A program made the translations under genes and the position numbers. DNA of 64,000 nucleotides from Candidatus Omnitrophota bacterium. GTDB lineage: Bacteria > Omnitrophota > Gorgyraeia > Duberdicusellales > 4484-171. Where the stretch lies: positions 73,559 through 137,558 of the forward strand of contig JAFGQU010000017.1 of the NCBI GenBank assembly GCA_016935525.1. Direction: 5' to 3'. Of this stretch, positions 1 to 9,082 are shown piece after piece (position 1 is the stretch's first letter; the number at the start of each line of letters is the position of its first letter). The notes beneath the pieces were generated by a model, which had not been told where the DNA came from, searched no databases, and saw only the letters and a list, made by a program, of their open reading frames with translations.

Positions 1-357
1 TCATAGATCAAAAAAGTAGGTGTGCCGATAATCACCTCATCCCGTTCTTCCACAAACGCGCGCAACGTCATCACGATAAGTTCGTCGGAGCCGTTACCGA
101 AGACCAACCGGTCGGGTTTTACTTTCAACGTACGGGCGAGTTTCTGACGTACATAATGCGAACTCGCTTCCGGATAACGGTTGATCTGAGGTATCTGGGA
201 AAGTACCGCTTTGAATATGTAGGCCGGCACAAACGGGATCTCATTAGAAGCCAATTTGTAGACCTCTTTTAGATCCAGTTCTCGTTTGAGCTCTTCTACC
301 GGTTTGCCCGGTTTATACGCTTTTAGATTTTTAAGTGACCGCCGCGCCGACACCATG
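1..357 (-). CDS. hisC: Histidinol-phosphate aminotransferase, N-terminal part (C-terminus runs off the window start)
   Basis: Hand translation of the minus strand from the ATG at 357 gives MVSARRSLKNLKAYKPGKPVEELKRELDLKEVYKLASNEIPF..., the HisC class-II aminotransferase N-terminal signature (KxYxPGKP, LASNENP-like). It is absent from the ORF track because no stop codon lies in the window. Confidence 0.75.
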
Positions 358-361
358 GATC

Positions 362-1423
362 TTAATTTTCTTTCGGGTATGAACCTAAAATCTTCACAAA
401 ACTACAACGTGCCTGAAGTTCTTTGATCGTTTTTTTGATGAGCGGATTACCCTGATGGCCCTCAAAATCAACAAAGAAGTAGTATTCCCAAGCTTTCTTC
501 TTTGAAGGACGGGACTCGATCTTGGTGAGATTTATCCGGTATTTTTTGAAAGGTTGAAGCGCTTCATAAAGCGCGCCCGCTTTATCTTTTACCGAAAACA
601 GTATTGATGTCTTATCCGACCGGGAGGGATTACTCTCGTTTTGAGCAATGATCAAAAACCGGGTAATATTCGAAGAAACATCCTGCACGTGCGGACTAAG
701 CATTTTCAAATCATAAAGCGAAGCAAGAATCTTATTGCCGATACAGGCGCCATGATTATCTTTTTTTGCCTCACTCGCGGCCCGGGCCGTCGATAATACC
801 GGCACCAACTCTGTCTTAGGGAAGTTTTTCGCGAGCCAATTACGGCATTGAGCCAAGACCTGAGGATGAGAATAGATCCTTAATATTTTATTCCGGGGAT
901 AAGAGGTCAAAAGGTTATGATGGATATCCATGGTGACTTCCGAGCATATCTTTAATGCTGATTCGAAAAACATATCCAGGGTATAAGTCACGACTCCCTC
1001 TATCGAATTTTCAATAGGGACAACGCCGTAATCCGCGCGTTCTTTCTCGACCGCGTCAAACACCTCATTGATACTGTCACAGGCGATATATTCTACTTTC
1101 TTACCGAAACGTTTTACCGCGGCCAGGTGGGTAAACGTACCCTGGGGCCCCAGATAAGCGATCCGCAGGTCTCCCTGCATCGCCCGGAACACCGAGAGGA
1201 TCTCTTTAAAGATGATCTCGATATCGGCGTCACTCATCTGTTTTTTATTCAGTTTTTTGATCCTTCTCAGGATGTCCGCTTCCCGGGCCGGTGAGAAATT
1301 ATGAATATCTTTAGCCTCTTTGACTACATTGACCTTCTTGACCCAATCGCTGCGCTGAATAAGCAATTTCAATATCTGGTTATCGATCAAATCGATCTTT
1401 TCACGTAATTCGTCAAGTCTCAT
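362..1423 (-). CDS. pheA: Bifunctional chorismate mutase / prephenate dehydratase (P-protein)
   Basis: N-terminal chorismate mutase helix region (LREKIDLIDNQILKLLIQR), a prephenate dehydratase core and a C-terminal ACT domain. It lies directly upstream of hisC. Confidence 0.9.
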   Translation of the reverse strand: MRLDELREKIDLIDNQILKLLIQRSDWVKKVNVVKEAKDIHNFSPAREADILRRIKKLNKKQMSDADIEIIFKEILSVFRAMQGDLRIAYLGPQGTFTHLAAVKRFGKKVEYIACDSINEVFDAVEKERADYGVVPIENSIEGVVTYTLDMFFESALKICSEVTMDIHHNLLTSYPRNKILRIYSHPQVLAQCRNWLAKNFPKTELVPVLSTARAASEAKKDNHGACIGNKILASLYDLKMLSPHVQDVSSNITRFLIIAQNESNPSRSDKTSILFSVKDKAGALYEALQPFKKYRINLTKIESRPSKKKAWEYYFFVDFEGHQGNPLIKKTIKELQARCSFVKILGSYPKEN

Positions 1424-1432
1424 GACATTACC

Positions 1433-3184
1433 TCATAAATATTTTGAGAGGTCATCTTTTAAAATATTCTGCACTCTTTCTTGAAGAAAAGCTTCCATTT
1501 CTTTTGCCGTACCGTATTGAAAACATTCATCGGCGATCTTTTTTGCGTCGGAGTAACGGATCTTAGAGATTATCTCTTTGATCCGCGGGATACTGCGCGG
1601 AGGCATACTCAATTCATCGATACCAAACCCCACAAGTAACACCGCAAACAACGCCTCGCCCGCCATCTCTCCACACATTCCCACCCAGATATCATTGGCA
1701 TGGGCCGCGTCGATCACTCCTTTGATCAACTGAAGGACCGCCGGATGAGCCGGAGCATAGAGATGGGCGACTTTTTCATCAGCCCGGTCGATAGCCAATG
1801 AATACTGGATCAGATCGTTGGTCCCGATACTGAAGAAATCGCACTCTTTGGCTAAAATATGCGCGGTGAGCGCGGCGGAAGGGACTTCGATCATGACTCC
1901 TACCGAAATCTTGTCGTCGAACTTTTTTCCCTCTTTTTTAAGCTCTTTCTTGCACTCTTCTAATATGTTTTTTGCTTCTCTCACCTCTTCGACTCCCGAA
2001 ATCATCGGGAACATGATCTTGATATTTGTGCCGTACGATGCCCGTAATATTGCCCGCAATTGTTGTTTGAAAATATGCGGGTTGGCAAGACAGAACCGGA
2101 TCGCCCGCCACCCTAAAAAAGGAGTCATCTCCCGCGGCAGGTCTGGTTTAGAAAGGAATTTATCTCCTCCGATATCAATAGTGCGGATAATCACCGAATG
2201 CGGTTTTATCTTCCTGGCTACTTGAGAATAAGCTTTATATTGTTCTTCTTCGTTCGGTAAATCTTTTTTACCGAGGAACAGATATTCGGTACGGTACAGG
2301 CCGACCCCTTCAGCTTTATATTCATCCACCATGGGAAGCTCTTCCGGCAACTCGATATTTACCGAAACGATAAGACGTTTCTTGTCTTTCGTCTGGCTTT
2401 TAAGCGTTTTGGGGATATGGATCTTGAGCGCCTGTTTTCCTTCGGCTTTGATCCGGGCCTGATATTCCTTGATGGTCTTCTGAGACGGATTGATGTACAC
2501 AATCCCTTCGGCTCCGTCAACGATAAGCGTATCTCCGCTCTGGATATGTTCGGTAGCGCTTTTAGTCCCGACCACCGCAGGAATCCCCAAGTTGCGGGCA
2601 ATGATCGCGGTATGCGCGGTCCGCCCGCCCACGTCGGTCACAAAACCGAGAATGTTCGCTTTAGGAAGGCTCGCGGTTTCCGAAGGAGAAAGGTCATGGG
2701 CCACGATGATCACCTTCTCTTTCACATGTTCAAGCGTCTGCATGTCGAGGTTAAGCATCTTACGTAATACGCGTTTGGCGACATCCTCAATATCGTACGC
2801 CCGTTCTTTAAGATAGGCGTCATCTAATTTCTGCAAAATATCGATGTATTTTTTGACGCTTTGCGAAAAAGCATATTCGACATTGATCCGTTTATTCTTG
2901 ATCTGGTTGATAATATCTTCAATAAGCAGCCGGTCCTCCAAAACGAGCATGTGCGCTTCAAATATCTTGGCGTGATCATATCCCAGTTTTTCGTCTATCT
3001 GACGCTGCAGGCTTCCGATCTCCTTACGGGTCTCGATCAAAGCTTCTTCTAAGCGGTATATTTCCCGGGAAATGTCTTCAAAGGATATTTTCTTCTTAGG
3101 GACATCAATATGTTCAGACTGCACATAAAATGCTTTCCCGATCGATATACCTTCCGATGCCGCGATACCGATAATTTTATTCAT
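1433..3184 (-). CDS. ptsI: Phosphoenolpyruvate-protein phosphotransferase (PTS enzyme I)
   Basis: The conserved phospho-His region GGRTAHTAIIARNLGIPAVVG is present, together with a PEP-utilising TIM-barrel C-terminus (GTNDLIQY, GMCGEMAG). Confidence 0.93.
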   Translation of the reverse strand: MNKIIGIAASEGISIGKAFYVQSEHIDVPKKKISFEDISREIYRLEEALIETRKEIGSLQRQIDEKLGYDHAKIFEAHMLVLEDRLLIEDIINQIKNKRINVEYAFSQSVKKYIDILQKLDDAYLKERAYDIEDVAKRVLRKMLNLDMQTLEHVKEKVIIVAHDLSPSETASLPKANILGFVTDVGGRTAHTAIIARNLGIPAVVGTKSATEHIQSGDTLIVDGAEGIVYINPSQKTIKEYQARIKAEGKQALKIHIPKTLKSQTKDKKRLIVSVNIELPEELPMVDEYKAEGVGLYRTEYLFLGKKDLPNEEEQYKAYSQVARKIKPHSVIIRTIDIGGDKFLSKPDLPREMTPFLGWRAIRFCLANPHIFKQQLRAILRASYGTNIKIMFPMISGVEEVREAKNILEECKKELKKEGKKFDDKISVGVMIEVPSAALTAHILAKECDFFSIGTNDLIQYSLAIDRADEKVAHLYAPAHPAVLQLIKGVIDAAHANDIWVGMCGEMAGEALFAVLLVGFGIDELSMPPRSIPRIKEIISKIRYSDAKKIADECFQYGTAKEMEAFLQERVQNILKDDLSKYL

Positions 3185-3443
3185 GGTCTTTTTCTAAAAA
3201 TTCTTTTAATTCTTTGAATGCGTCCTGAGCGTCATCGCCTTCTACGATCAGAGTCACTGCCGATCCCCTTTGAATCCCTAAACTGAGGATAGCGATAATC
3301 GATTTTGCGTCTACGATCTCCTCTTCTTTTTTCAACCATACGGCCGAATCGTATTTATTGGTGATCTGCACAAATAACGCTGCCGGCCGGGCATGTAAGC
3401 CGTGAGCATTATTGACTATGATTTTTTCTTCAAAACGTTCCAT
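3177..3443 (-). CDS. ptsH: Phosphocarrier protein HPr
   Basis: An 88-aa protein with the His15 motif NAHGLHARPA and the Ser46 region (AKSIIAILSLG). Confidence 0.9.
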   Translation of the reverse strand: MERFEEKIIVNNAHGLHARPAALFVQITNKYDSAVWLKKEEEIVDAKSIIAILSLGIQRGSAVTLIVEGDDAQDAFKELKEFLEKDHE

Positions 3444-4684
3444 TTTTTCCTGAATTGGTTATAAATATTTATTATATATTTCGCCGTCTTAAACGGGTCA
3501 TGCCGCAAATAATCCGTACGGCTGACGATATCGTCTTCAAACACCAGAACATTATTTTTTTCTATCCTGCTTACATCCGGCAATACCGGAAAAGATTTTT
3601 CCTGAGCGTATTTAAGAAGTAACTCGGGGTCCAATTTTCCGCAATTTACCAGACAGGTGTTGAGCACCCCCCGTCCGGCATGGCCGATCAATGTCTCCAA
3701 ATGGTCCGACGCGGTATAGCCATCGGTTTCTCCGTGCTGGGTCATCACATTACACAGATAGATCTTCATGATATCTGTCCGCTTAAGTAACGCGTCCTTT
3801 ACCGCTTTAATAAGCAAATTAGGTAAAATACTGGTAAACAGACTTCCCGGGCCGACAATAACGATATCAGCGTCTTTAATGACCTCAAGCGCCTCCGGAT
3901 TTGCCTGGACATCTTGAGGAAGAAGCGAAATGTTTTTAATCGATTTGTGCTGCTGATTGATCTTATCTTCCCCTTCCAGACTTGTCCCATCGACATATTC
4001 GGCTTTCAGGCGTACGTTAGCGAGACTGGCGGGAATCACCCGTCCCCTGATCGCTAACACTCGGCTCGATTCCTCGATCGCGTCACGAAAACTTCCGGTC
4101 ACCTGGGTCATTGCCGTAATAAAAATATTGCCGAAACTATGCCCTTTAATGCCGTTGCCTTCCTGGAAACGGTATTGAAAAAGGTCACGCATGAGCTGGG
4201 GGACCTCAGCCAGAGACACCAGACAATTACGGATATCGCCCGGGGGCAAAATACCGAATTCTTCCCTCAACCGGCCCGATGACCCCCCTTCATCGGCAAC
4301 CGTGACGATCGCACTTATGTTAGCCGTGTATTCTTTCAATCCTTCCAGGATACTGGAAAGCCCGGTACCTCCTCCGATGGTGACGATTTTGGGGCCTTTG
4401 GAAAGATACCGTTTCTCATAAAGGATATCAATAAGCCCTTTATCTTTTTTCGGATAGATCACATCAAAAAAACTTCTCGCCAGCGAAATAGTCCCCATGA
4501 TCACCAGGATCAGGGCAGAAAAAAAGATAATACCGTCAATGATCTTAATCGGCAGCAACTCGTCCAAAAAAAACCTGATACCGAATAAAATCAGGCAGAC
4601 AACACCACCCAGCATCAAGATTATCCAACGTTTTATCTTGAGTCCCGGATAAAACCATTTTATAAACTTTACAATGCTTTTCAT
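3416..4684 (-). CDS. yvcK: YvcK / gluconeogenesis-factor family protein (CofD-like, UPF0052) with N-terminal transmembrane segments
   Basis: The P-loop-like motif IVTIGGGTGLSSIL is present along with VTVADEGGSSGRLR and CNVMTQHGETDGY, all typical of YvcK/CofD-family proteins. The N-terminal ~70 aa are hydrophobic. Confidence 0.8.
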   Translation of the reverse strand: MKSIVKFIKWFYPGLKIKRWIILMLGGVVCLILFGIRFFLDELLPIKIIDGIIFFSALILVIMGTISLARSFFDVIYPKKDKGLIDILYEKRYLSKGPKIVTIGGGTGLSSILEGLKEYTANISAIVTVADEGGSSGRLREEFGILPPGDIRNCLVSLAEVPQLMRDLFQYRFQEGNGIKGHSFGNIFITAMTQVTGSFRDAIEESSRVLAIRGRVIPASLANVRLKAEYVDGTSLEGEDKINQQHKSIKNISLLPQDVQANPEALEVIKDADIVIVGPGSLFTSILPNLLIKAVKDALLKRTDIMKIYLCNVMTQHGETDGYTASDHLETLIGHAGRGVLNTCLVNCGKLDPELLLKYAQEKSFPVLPDVSRIEKNNVLVFEDDIVSRTDYLRHDPFKTAKYIINIYNQFRKKWNVLKKKS

Positions 4685-5169
4685 TAGACAAGAGATTGTT
4701 GCTTTTTAATTGCTGCAACAACTTCTTCTTCTTGACTATGATTTTTCATGTTTTGGACAAAATATTTATCACGTAGAATCCGTGCCAAAAGGGCAAGCAT
4801 TTTGAGGTGTAACCCGGCTTCTTTCTGATTGGAAAGAAGGAGAACAACGATATACACCGGTTCTCCGTCAAGCGATTCGAATTCGAGCCCTTCGGTGGAA
4901 AGCCCAATGCATAAAATAATATCTTTAACACATTCGAGCCGGGCATGGGGAAGAGCGATTCCTCCGCCGATGGCCGTCGACCCCATATCTTCCCGCTGAG
5001 TGAGGAATTTCAGGATTTCACGCTTATGAGATTGTTCTATCTTTTTTACCGAGATAAGATGGTCGATGAAAGTCGAAAGGATTGCCCGTTTACTCTTACC
5101 CTTAAGTTTCAAAACAACATTGTCTTTATCAAGATAGTTCAGCAGATCTAAAGCCATAGGTATTGACAA
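4684..5169 (-). CDS. ptsN: PTS EIIA-type nitrogen-regulatory protein (EIIA-Ntr-like)
   Basis: PTS_EIIA_2 fold with the active-site histidine motif GGGIALPHARL, in the context ptsN-yvcK-ptsH-ptsI. Confidence 0.8.
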   Translation of the reverse strand: MSIPMALDLLNYLDKDNVVLKLKGKSKRAILSTFIDHLISVKKIEQSHKREILKFLTQREDMGSTAIGGGIALPHARLECVKDIILCIGLSTEGLEFESLDGEPVYIVVLLLSNQKEAGLHLKMLALLARILRDKYFVQNMKNHSQEEEVVAAIKKQQSLV

Positions 5170-5339
5170 CCCTCCTTTACTTTAGAAGAACTCTGAAAAG
5201 GCGTAAAAGCACAGAGCTCTCTATACATCGCCGTAATCTTTTTCATAATCTCCGTAATCAAGAAGTCTCAGTGATAATTCAACATTTCCCAAAGACCTCT
5301 TTAAGAAGTCCCAAGTGTTTACTCTCTACATGGAAAAGA

Positions 5340-5411
5340 AGCGAGGGACGGGGCTCGAACCCGCAACATTCACGTTGGCAACGTGAAGCTCTACCGTTGA
5401 GCTACCCTCGC
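5340..5411 (-). tRNA. tRNA-Gly (anticodon GCC)
   Basis: Reverse complement folds as a cloverleaf. The acceptor stem is GCGAGGG/CCCTCGC. The anticodon stem-loop TCACG-TTGCCAA-CGTGA gives anticodon GCC. The T-loop is TTCGAGC and the discriminator is U. Confidence 0.85.
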
Positions 5412-5517
5412 GCGGCATCGTAATGAGTAACGCGTAATGCGTACCCCGTAAAAACTACAAAGACCGATTATTTTGGACGCGTTTCGCGTTACGCAGAACA
5501 CGTTACGTCTCTCGAGT

Positions 5518-5598
5518 GCGGATGGGGAGAGTTGAACTCCCACCCCATAAGGACAGGATTCTAAGTCCTGCGCGTCTGCCAGTTCCGCCACATCCGCG
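5518..5598 (-). tRNA. tRNA-Leu (anticodon TAG), long variable arm
   Basis: Reverse complement begins GCGGATGTGGCGGAACTGGCAGACGC and carries the anticodon loop CTTAGAA (anticodon TAG). It has a long variable arm, T-loop GTTCAAC, acceptor stem GCGGATG/CATCCGC and discriminator A. Confidence 0.85.
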
Positions 5599-6020
5599 AG
5601 CGGCATAGTCCTTACGGACTGATTTTCAAATAAAACGGGTACCCTCAAAGAACAGTTTTTCTTCTGGGATCCGCCTCCTGCGGATGCCTTTCCTCATCAC
5701 TTTCTCACTCAAGAGCGAGGTGATTCGTATGCCGCTTCATGGGGACTCTGTCCCCTCTGACGCGGCTCTCGGAGATTTTTCAAAGAAGAGACGCCCTCGC
5801 GCCGCTGTCTCCCCTGAGGTAAAAGCAGAGAAGAAAAACTATTCATACGCAGCGCGCGGGACTACCCCGAAGACTCTCAAAGAAGAAAATTTCTCTAACC
5901 GCTGACCGCTGACCGCTTTACGCTATTCAAAGTTCTCGCCTCGGCGGTTTCCTTTTTCAAATAGCTTCTATTTTCTCTTAACGCGTTCCGCGTTACGCAT
6001 ATCGCGTTACGTATATTCAA

Positions 6021-6093
6021 TGAGCCGCCCGAGGCTCGAACTCGGCACCCTCGGCTTAAAAGGCCGATGCTCTACCAGATGAGCTAGCGGCTC
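6021..6093 (-). tRNA. tRNA-Lys (anticodon TTT)
   Basis: Reverse complement begins GAGCCGCTAGCTCATCTGGTAGAGC and carries the anticodon loop CTTTTAA (anticodon TTT). The T-loop is GTTCGAG, the acceptor stem is GAGCCGC/GCGGCTC and the discriminator is A. Confidence 0.85.
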
Positions 6094-6134
6094 GTTTATT
6101 CGTAGATCGTCGTACGTGTTTTCTCAGGAAAAAA

Positions 6135-6695
6135 TCAGAACTCTCTGAGTTCTCTTTCTTTATCTTCCAGAACCTTATCGGTCTCTTTCACATAACGGTC
6201 AGTAAGTTTCTGTAGTTCGTCTTCCAATTTAAACCGTTCATCTTCAGAAATAGTTTTATCTTTCTCCAACTGTTTTATTGCTTCTTTACCGTCCCGGCGC
6301 ACCGTCCGTAAAGAGACCTTCCCTTCTTCAGAGATCTTTTTTACCATTTTGATCAACTCTTCTCTGCGTTCTTCCGATAACGGCGGAGTAACTAAACGGA
6401 CAACCTTCCCATCCACCATCGGAGTAATCCCCAAATCACTCTGTAAAATCGCTTTTTCGATCTCTTTGATCGAGGAAGGGTCCCAGGGAGTAATTACGAG
6501 CAGTTTGGCTTCCGGCACGCTGATCGTCGCTAAATCCTTGATCATTGTAGGCGTACCATAATAATCAATACGGATTCCTTCCACCATCTTGGGATTTGCC
6601 CGGCCGGAACGCACTTCATGGAATTCACGTCTGGTAGCTTCTACCGCTTTCTTCATATCATTTTCGATCGTTTTCAATACTTCTCTACCTGACAT
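6135..6695 (-). CDS. frr: Ribosome recycling factor
   Basis: Full-length RRF homology, including the VEGIRIDYYGTPTMIKDLATISVPEA region. Confidence 0.93.
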   Translation of the reverse strand: MSGREVLKTIENDMKKAVEATRREFHEVRSGRANPKMVEGIRIDYYGTPTMIKDLATISVPEAKLLVITPWDPSSIKEIEKAILQSDLGITPMVDGKVVRLVTPPLSEERREELIKMVKKISEEGKVSLRTVRRDGKEAIKQLEKDKTISEDERFKLEDELQKLTDRYVKETDKVLEDKERELREF

Positions 6696-6710
6696 ACACA
6701 GCCTCCTTCT

Positions 6711-7427
6711 CTAACCAATACGCGTTCCCACTTCTTTTCCGTTCACAATATCTTCCAAATTCTGAGAGTCGGTATAATTAAAAACAATGACCGGCAGTTT
6801 ATTTTCCCGGCAAAGAGTGATCGCGGTCGCGTCAATCACTCTCAACTCCTGGTTGAGAACATCAATATAACGCAATTTCTTATATAATTGCGCTTTTTTA
6901 TCCCGTAACGGGTCCGCAGAATATACCCCGTCGACTTTTGTCCCTTTAAGCAGGATGTCCGCTTCGATTTCGATACTCCGCAATGCGGCGGCGGTATCGG
7001 TAGTAAAGTAAGGGTTACCGGTGCCGGCGACAAAGATGACTACTCGTTTTTTTTCTAAATGCCGGATCGCTTTACGCCGGATATACGGTTCCGCGATCCG
7101 ATTCATGGCGATCGCGGTCATTACCCGGGTAGGAACTTTTATGTTTTCTAAGGCGTTTTGCAGAGCAAGACCGTTTAACACTGTGGCCAGCATCCCCATA
7201 TAATCGGCGACCGTACGTTCGATTGCGAACCCGTCGGACTGCCTTGCGCCCCGAAAAATATTTCCTCCGCCGACGACAAGAGCGACTTCAATCCCGCTCG
7301 CAGCAACCTTCTTTATCTGTTGAGCAAGAGTCTCACACATAGCATGTTCAATGCCATGAGCGTTGTTTTTCAGAAAGGCTTCGCCGCTTAACTTGAGCAG
7401 AATCCGTTTATATTTACTCTTCTTCAT
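6711..7427 (-). CDS. pyrH: UMP kinase
   Basis: Amino-acid-kinase fold with the KLSGEAF and VVGGGNIFRG motifs. The gene order pyrH-frr is conserved. Confidence 0.93.
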   Translation of the reverse strand: MKKSKYKRILLKLSGEAFLKNNAHGIEHAMCETLAQQIKKVAASGIEVALVVGGGNIFRGARQSDGFAIERTVADYMGMLATVLNGLALQNALENIKVPTRVMTAIAMNRIAEPYIRRKAIRHLEKKRVVIFVAGTGNPYFTTDTAAALRSIEIEADILLKGTKVDGVYSADPLRDKKAQLYKKLRYIDVLNQELRVIDATAITLCRENKLPVIVFNYTDSQNLEDIVNGKEVGTRIG

Positions 7428-7947
7428 TCGAATCGCCTAAAGCAAAACGTGCAAAGCGTTTAATATCGACTTTCTCACCGGTTTGAGCGATTACTTGTTG
7501 CAGATACTCATTGATAGTGAGTGAATTGTCTTTTACAAAAGGCTGTTCAAGCAGGCAAGTCTCCCTGTAGTAATCCTGAGGGTTTTTATCGCCGGGGATC
7601 TCATCCTGGGGAACATCTTCTTTACGTATATATCGGGGGTTTGACGCGGCAATATGCATCGCGATATCTTTTGCGAATTTTTTAAAGGCATCGGTCCGGG
7701 CGACGAAATCAGTTTCGCAGTTCACCTCGACCAATGCTCCCATATCCTGGCTGAAATGGATATAAGATTCAATCCTCCCCTGAGAAGTCTTGCGGCCTTG
7801 CCGTTTTTCCATAATCGATATACCGCGCTCTTTCAATACTATCAAAGCTTTGTCAAAATCCCCGTCCGACTCCGCAAGCGCTTTACGGCATTCATTGATC
7901 CCCAGGGAAGTCGTCTCCCTTAATTTTTTTATTTTGTCTAAACTCAT
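7414..7947 (-). CDS. tsf: Elongation factor Ts (short form)
   Basis: N-terminal UBA-like region (KKLRETTSLGINECRKALAESDGDFDKALIVLKERG) and the dimerisation/EF-Tu-binding core. The gene order rpsB-tsf is conserved. Confidence 0.88.
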   Translation of the reverse strand: MSLDKIKKLRETTSLGINECRKALAESDGDFDKALIVLKERGISIMEKRQGRKTSQGRIESYIHFSQDMGALVEVNCETDFVARTDAFKKFAKDIAMHIAASNPRYIRKEDVPQDEIPGDKNPQDYYRETCLLEQPFVKDNSLTINEYLQQVIAQTGEKVDIKRFARFALGDSNEEE

Positions 7948-8141
7948 ACTTAACTCCTCCTCATACCATCTCGATAGTTATTCGGGTACGTTTATCCCGA
8001 CACGATAAAACTCCGGCCTTTAAGCCGGAGATGAAAACGCTGGTCGGGATTCCGCTCCTGCGGAATCATAAAGAGAAACCACGGGCTTTTCCGTAACCTT
8101 ATTGTTTTTATCCCGGAATGTCCGGGATAGCCCGTGGAGCT

Positions 8142-8909
8142 TCATTTCTGACTATCTTCTACTACTTCCTGGTTTGACTCCTCTTTGGCTTCCTGGTCCG
8201 CGGCTTTACCAGTTGCAGTAGCCTGCCCTTTGCGGGCATTCTGAATCCCTTCAACAAGATAAGAAGCAATAGCGCGTACTGATTTGATCGCATCATCATT
8301 ACCGGGAATAGGGTAATCAATCGTTTCGGGATCTCCGTCGGTATCAATCAGGGCAATAATCGGGATCCCCAGTTTATTTGCTTCCCGTACACAGGCAAGT
8401 TCTTTTTTAGGATCAACAATAAAAACACATTGCGGTATTTGATTTATCTCGGCAACACCGGAATAGATTTTATGCATCCGATCCAACTCTTTACTTAGTC
8501 GAACTTTTTCTTTATGGGGAAGTTTGTTCAACCCTCCAGTCTCTTTCTGCTGTTTAAGACCGGTATAGGTCTTGATCCGGGAAACGATCGTAGAGAAATT
8601 GGTAAGAAAACCGCCGATCCAGCGTTCTACGATATACGGCATCTCACATTGTATCGCCAGGTCCTTTACCGTTTGCCTCAGTTGTTTTTTAGTCGCAACG
8701 AACAGGATCTTTCCGCCGCCTTTCACAAGTTCTTCAACGAATTCGCGGCTTTTCTGTAATTGGTCGGAAGTTTTCTCTAAATCAATAATATAGATATTTT
8801 TCTTCTTTCCAAAGATAAATTTCTTCATCCGGGGGTTCCAATGTTTCCTCAAATGCCCAAAATGAACCCCGCTTTCAAGCAGGTTCTTTATTATTTCCGG
8901 TAATGCCAT
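8142..8909 (-). CDS. rpsB: 30S ribosomal protein S2
   Basis: Full S2 homology ([30 protein letters not shown]), with a C-terminal acidic extension. Confidence 0.93.
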   Translation of the reverse strand: MALPEIIKNLLESGVHFGHLRKHWNPRMKKFIFGKKKNIYIIDLEKTSDQLQKSREFVEELVKGGGKILFVATKKQLRQTVKDLAIQCEMPYIVERWIGGFLTNFSTIVSRIKTYTGLKQQKETGGLNKLPHKEKVRLSKELDRMHKIYSGVAEINQIPQCVFIVDPKKELACVREANKLGIPIIALIDTDGDPETIDYPIPGNDDAIKSVRAIASYLVEGIQNARKGQATATGKAADQEAKEESNQEVVEDSQK

Positions 8910-9082
8910 AGTCCTCCTTTTTTAAAGAAAAAGTATACCACAATCTTTTCCGGTTGCAACTGTTTTATTCTATTAGCTTTTTCCACCATCCCCCCCCTCT
9001 TCCGGCGACACTTTTTGCCCGGTTTTCTCAAAGCTTCCTTATACTATTTTGTATAAATATAAGGGAAGGTACAGGACTGCTT

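Noticed and set aside
1818-3052. Several 60-135-aa ORFs antisense to or overlapping ptsI (1818-2225, 2359-2601, 2417-2767, 2490-2816, 2861-3052)
   Set aside because: They lie entirely inside a well-conserved gene on the opposite strand or in alternative frames. Typical shadow ORFs. Similar shadow ORFs inside yvcK, msbA, mnmG, ppdK, dnaE, nusA, rseP and others were likewise ignored.
5391-5648. 85-aa minus-strand ORF
   Set aside because: It overlaps tRNA-Gly and tRNA-Leu. An ORF-finder artefact.
5684-5905. 73-aa plus-strand ORF between tRNA-Leu and tRNA-Lys
   Set aside because: A lone plus-strand ORF in a minus-strand region with no Shine-Dalgarno sequence and a low-complexity, Arg/Lys/Pro-rich product. 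It ends in the CCGCTGACCGCT repeat. It could be real but there is no support.
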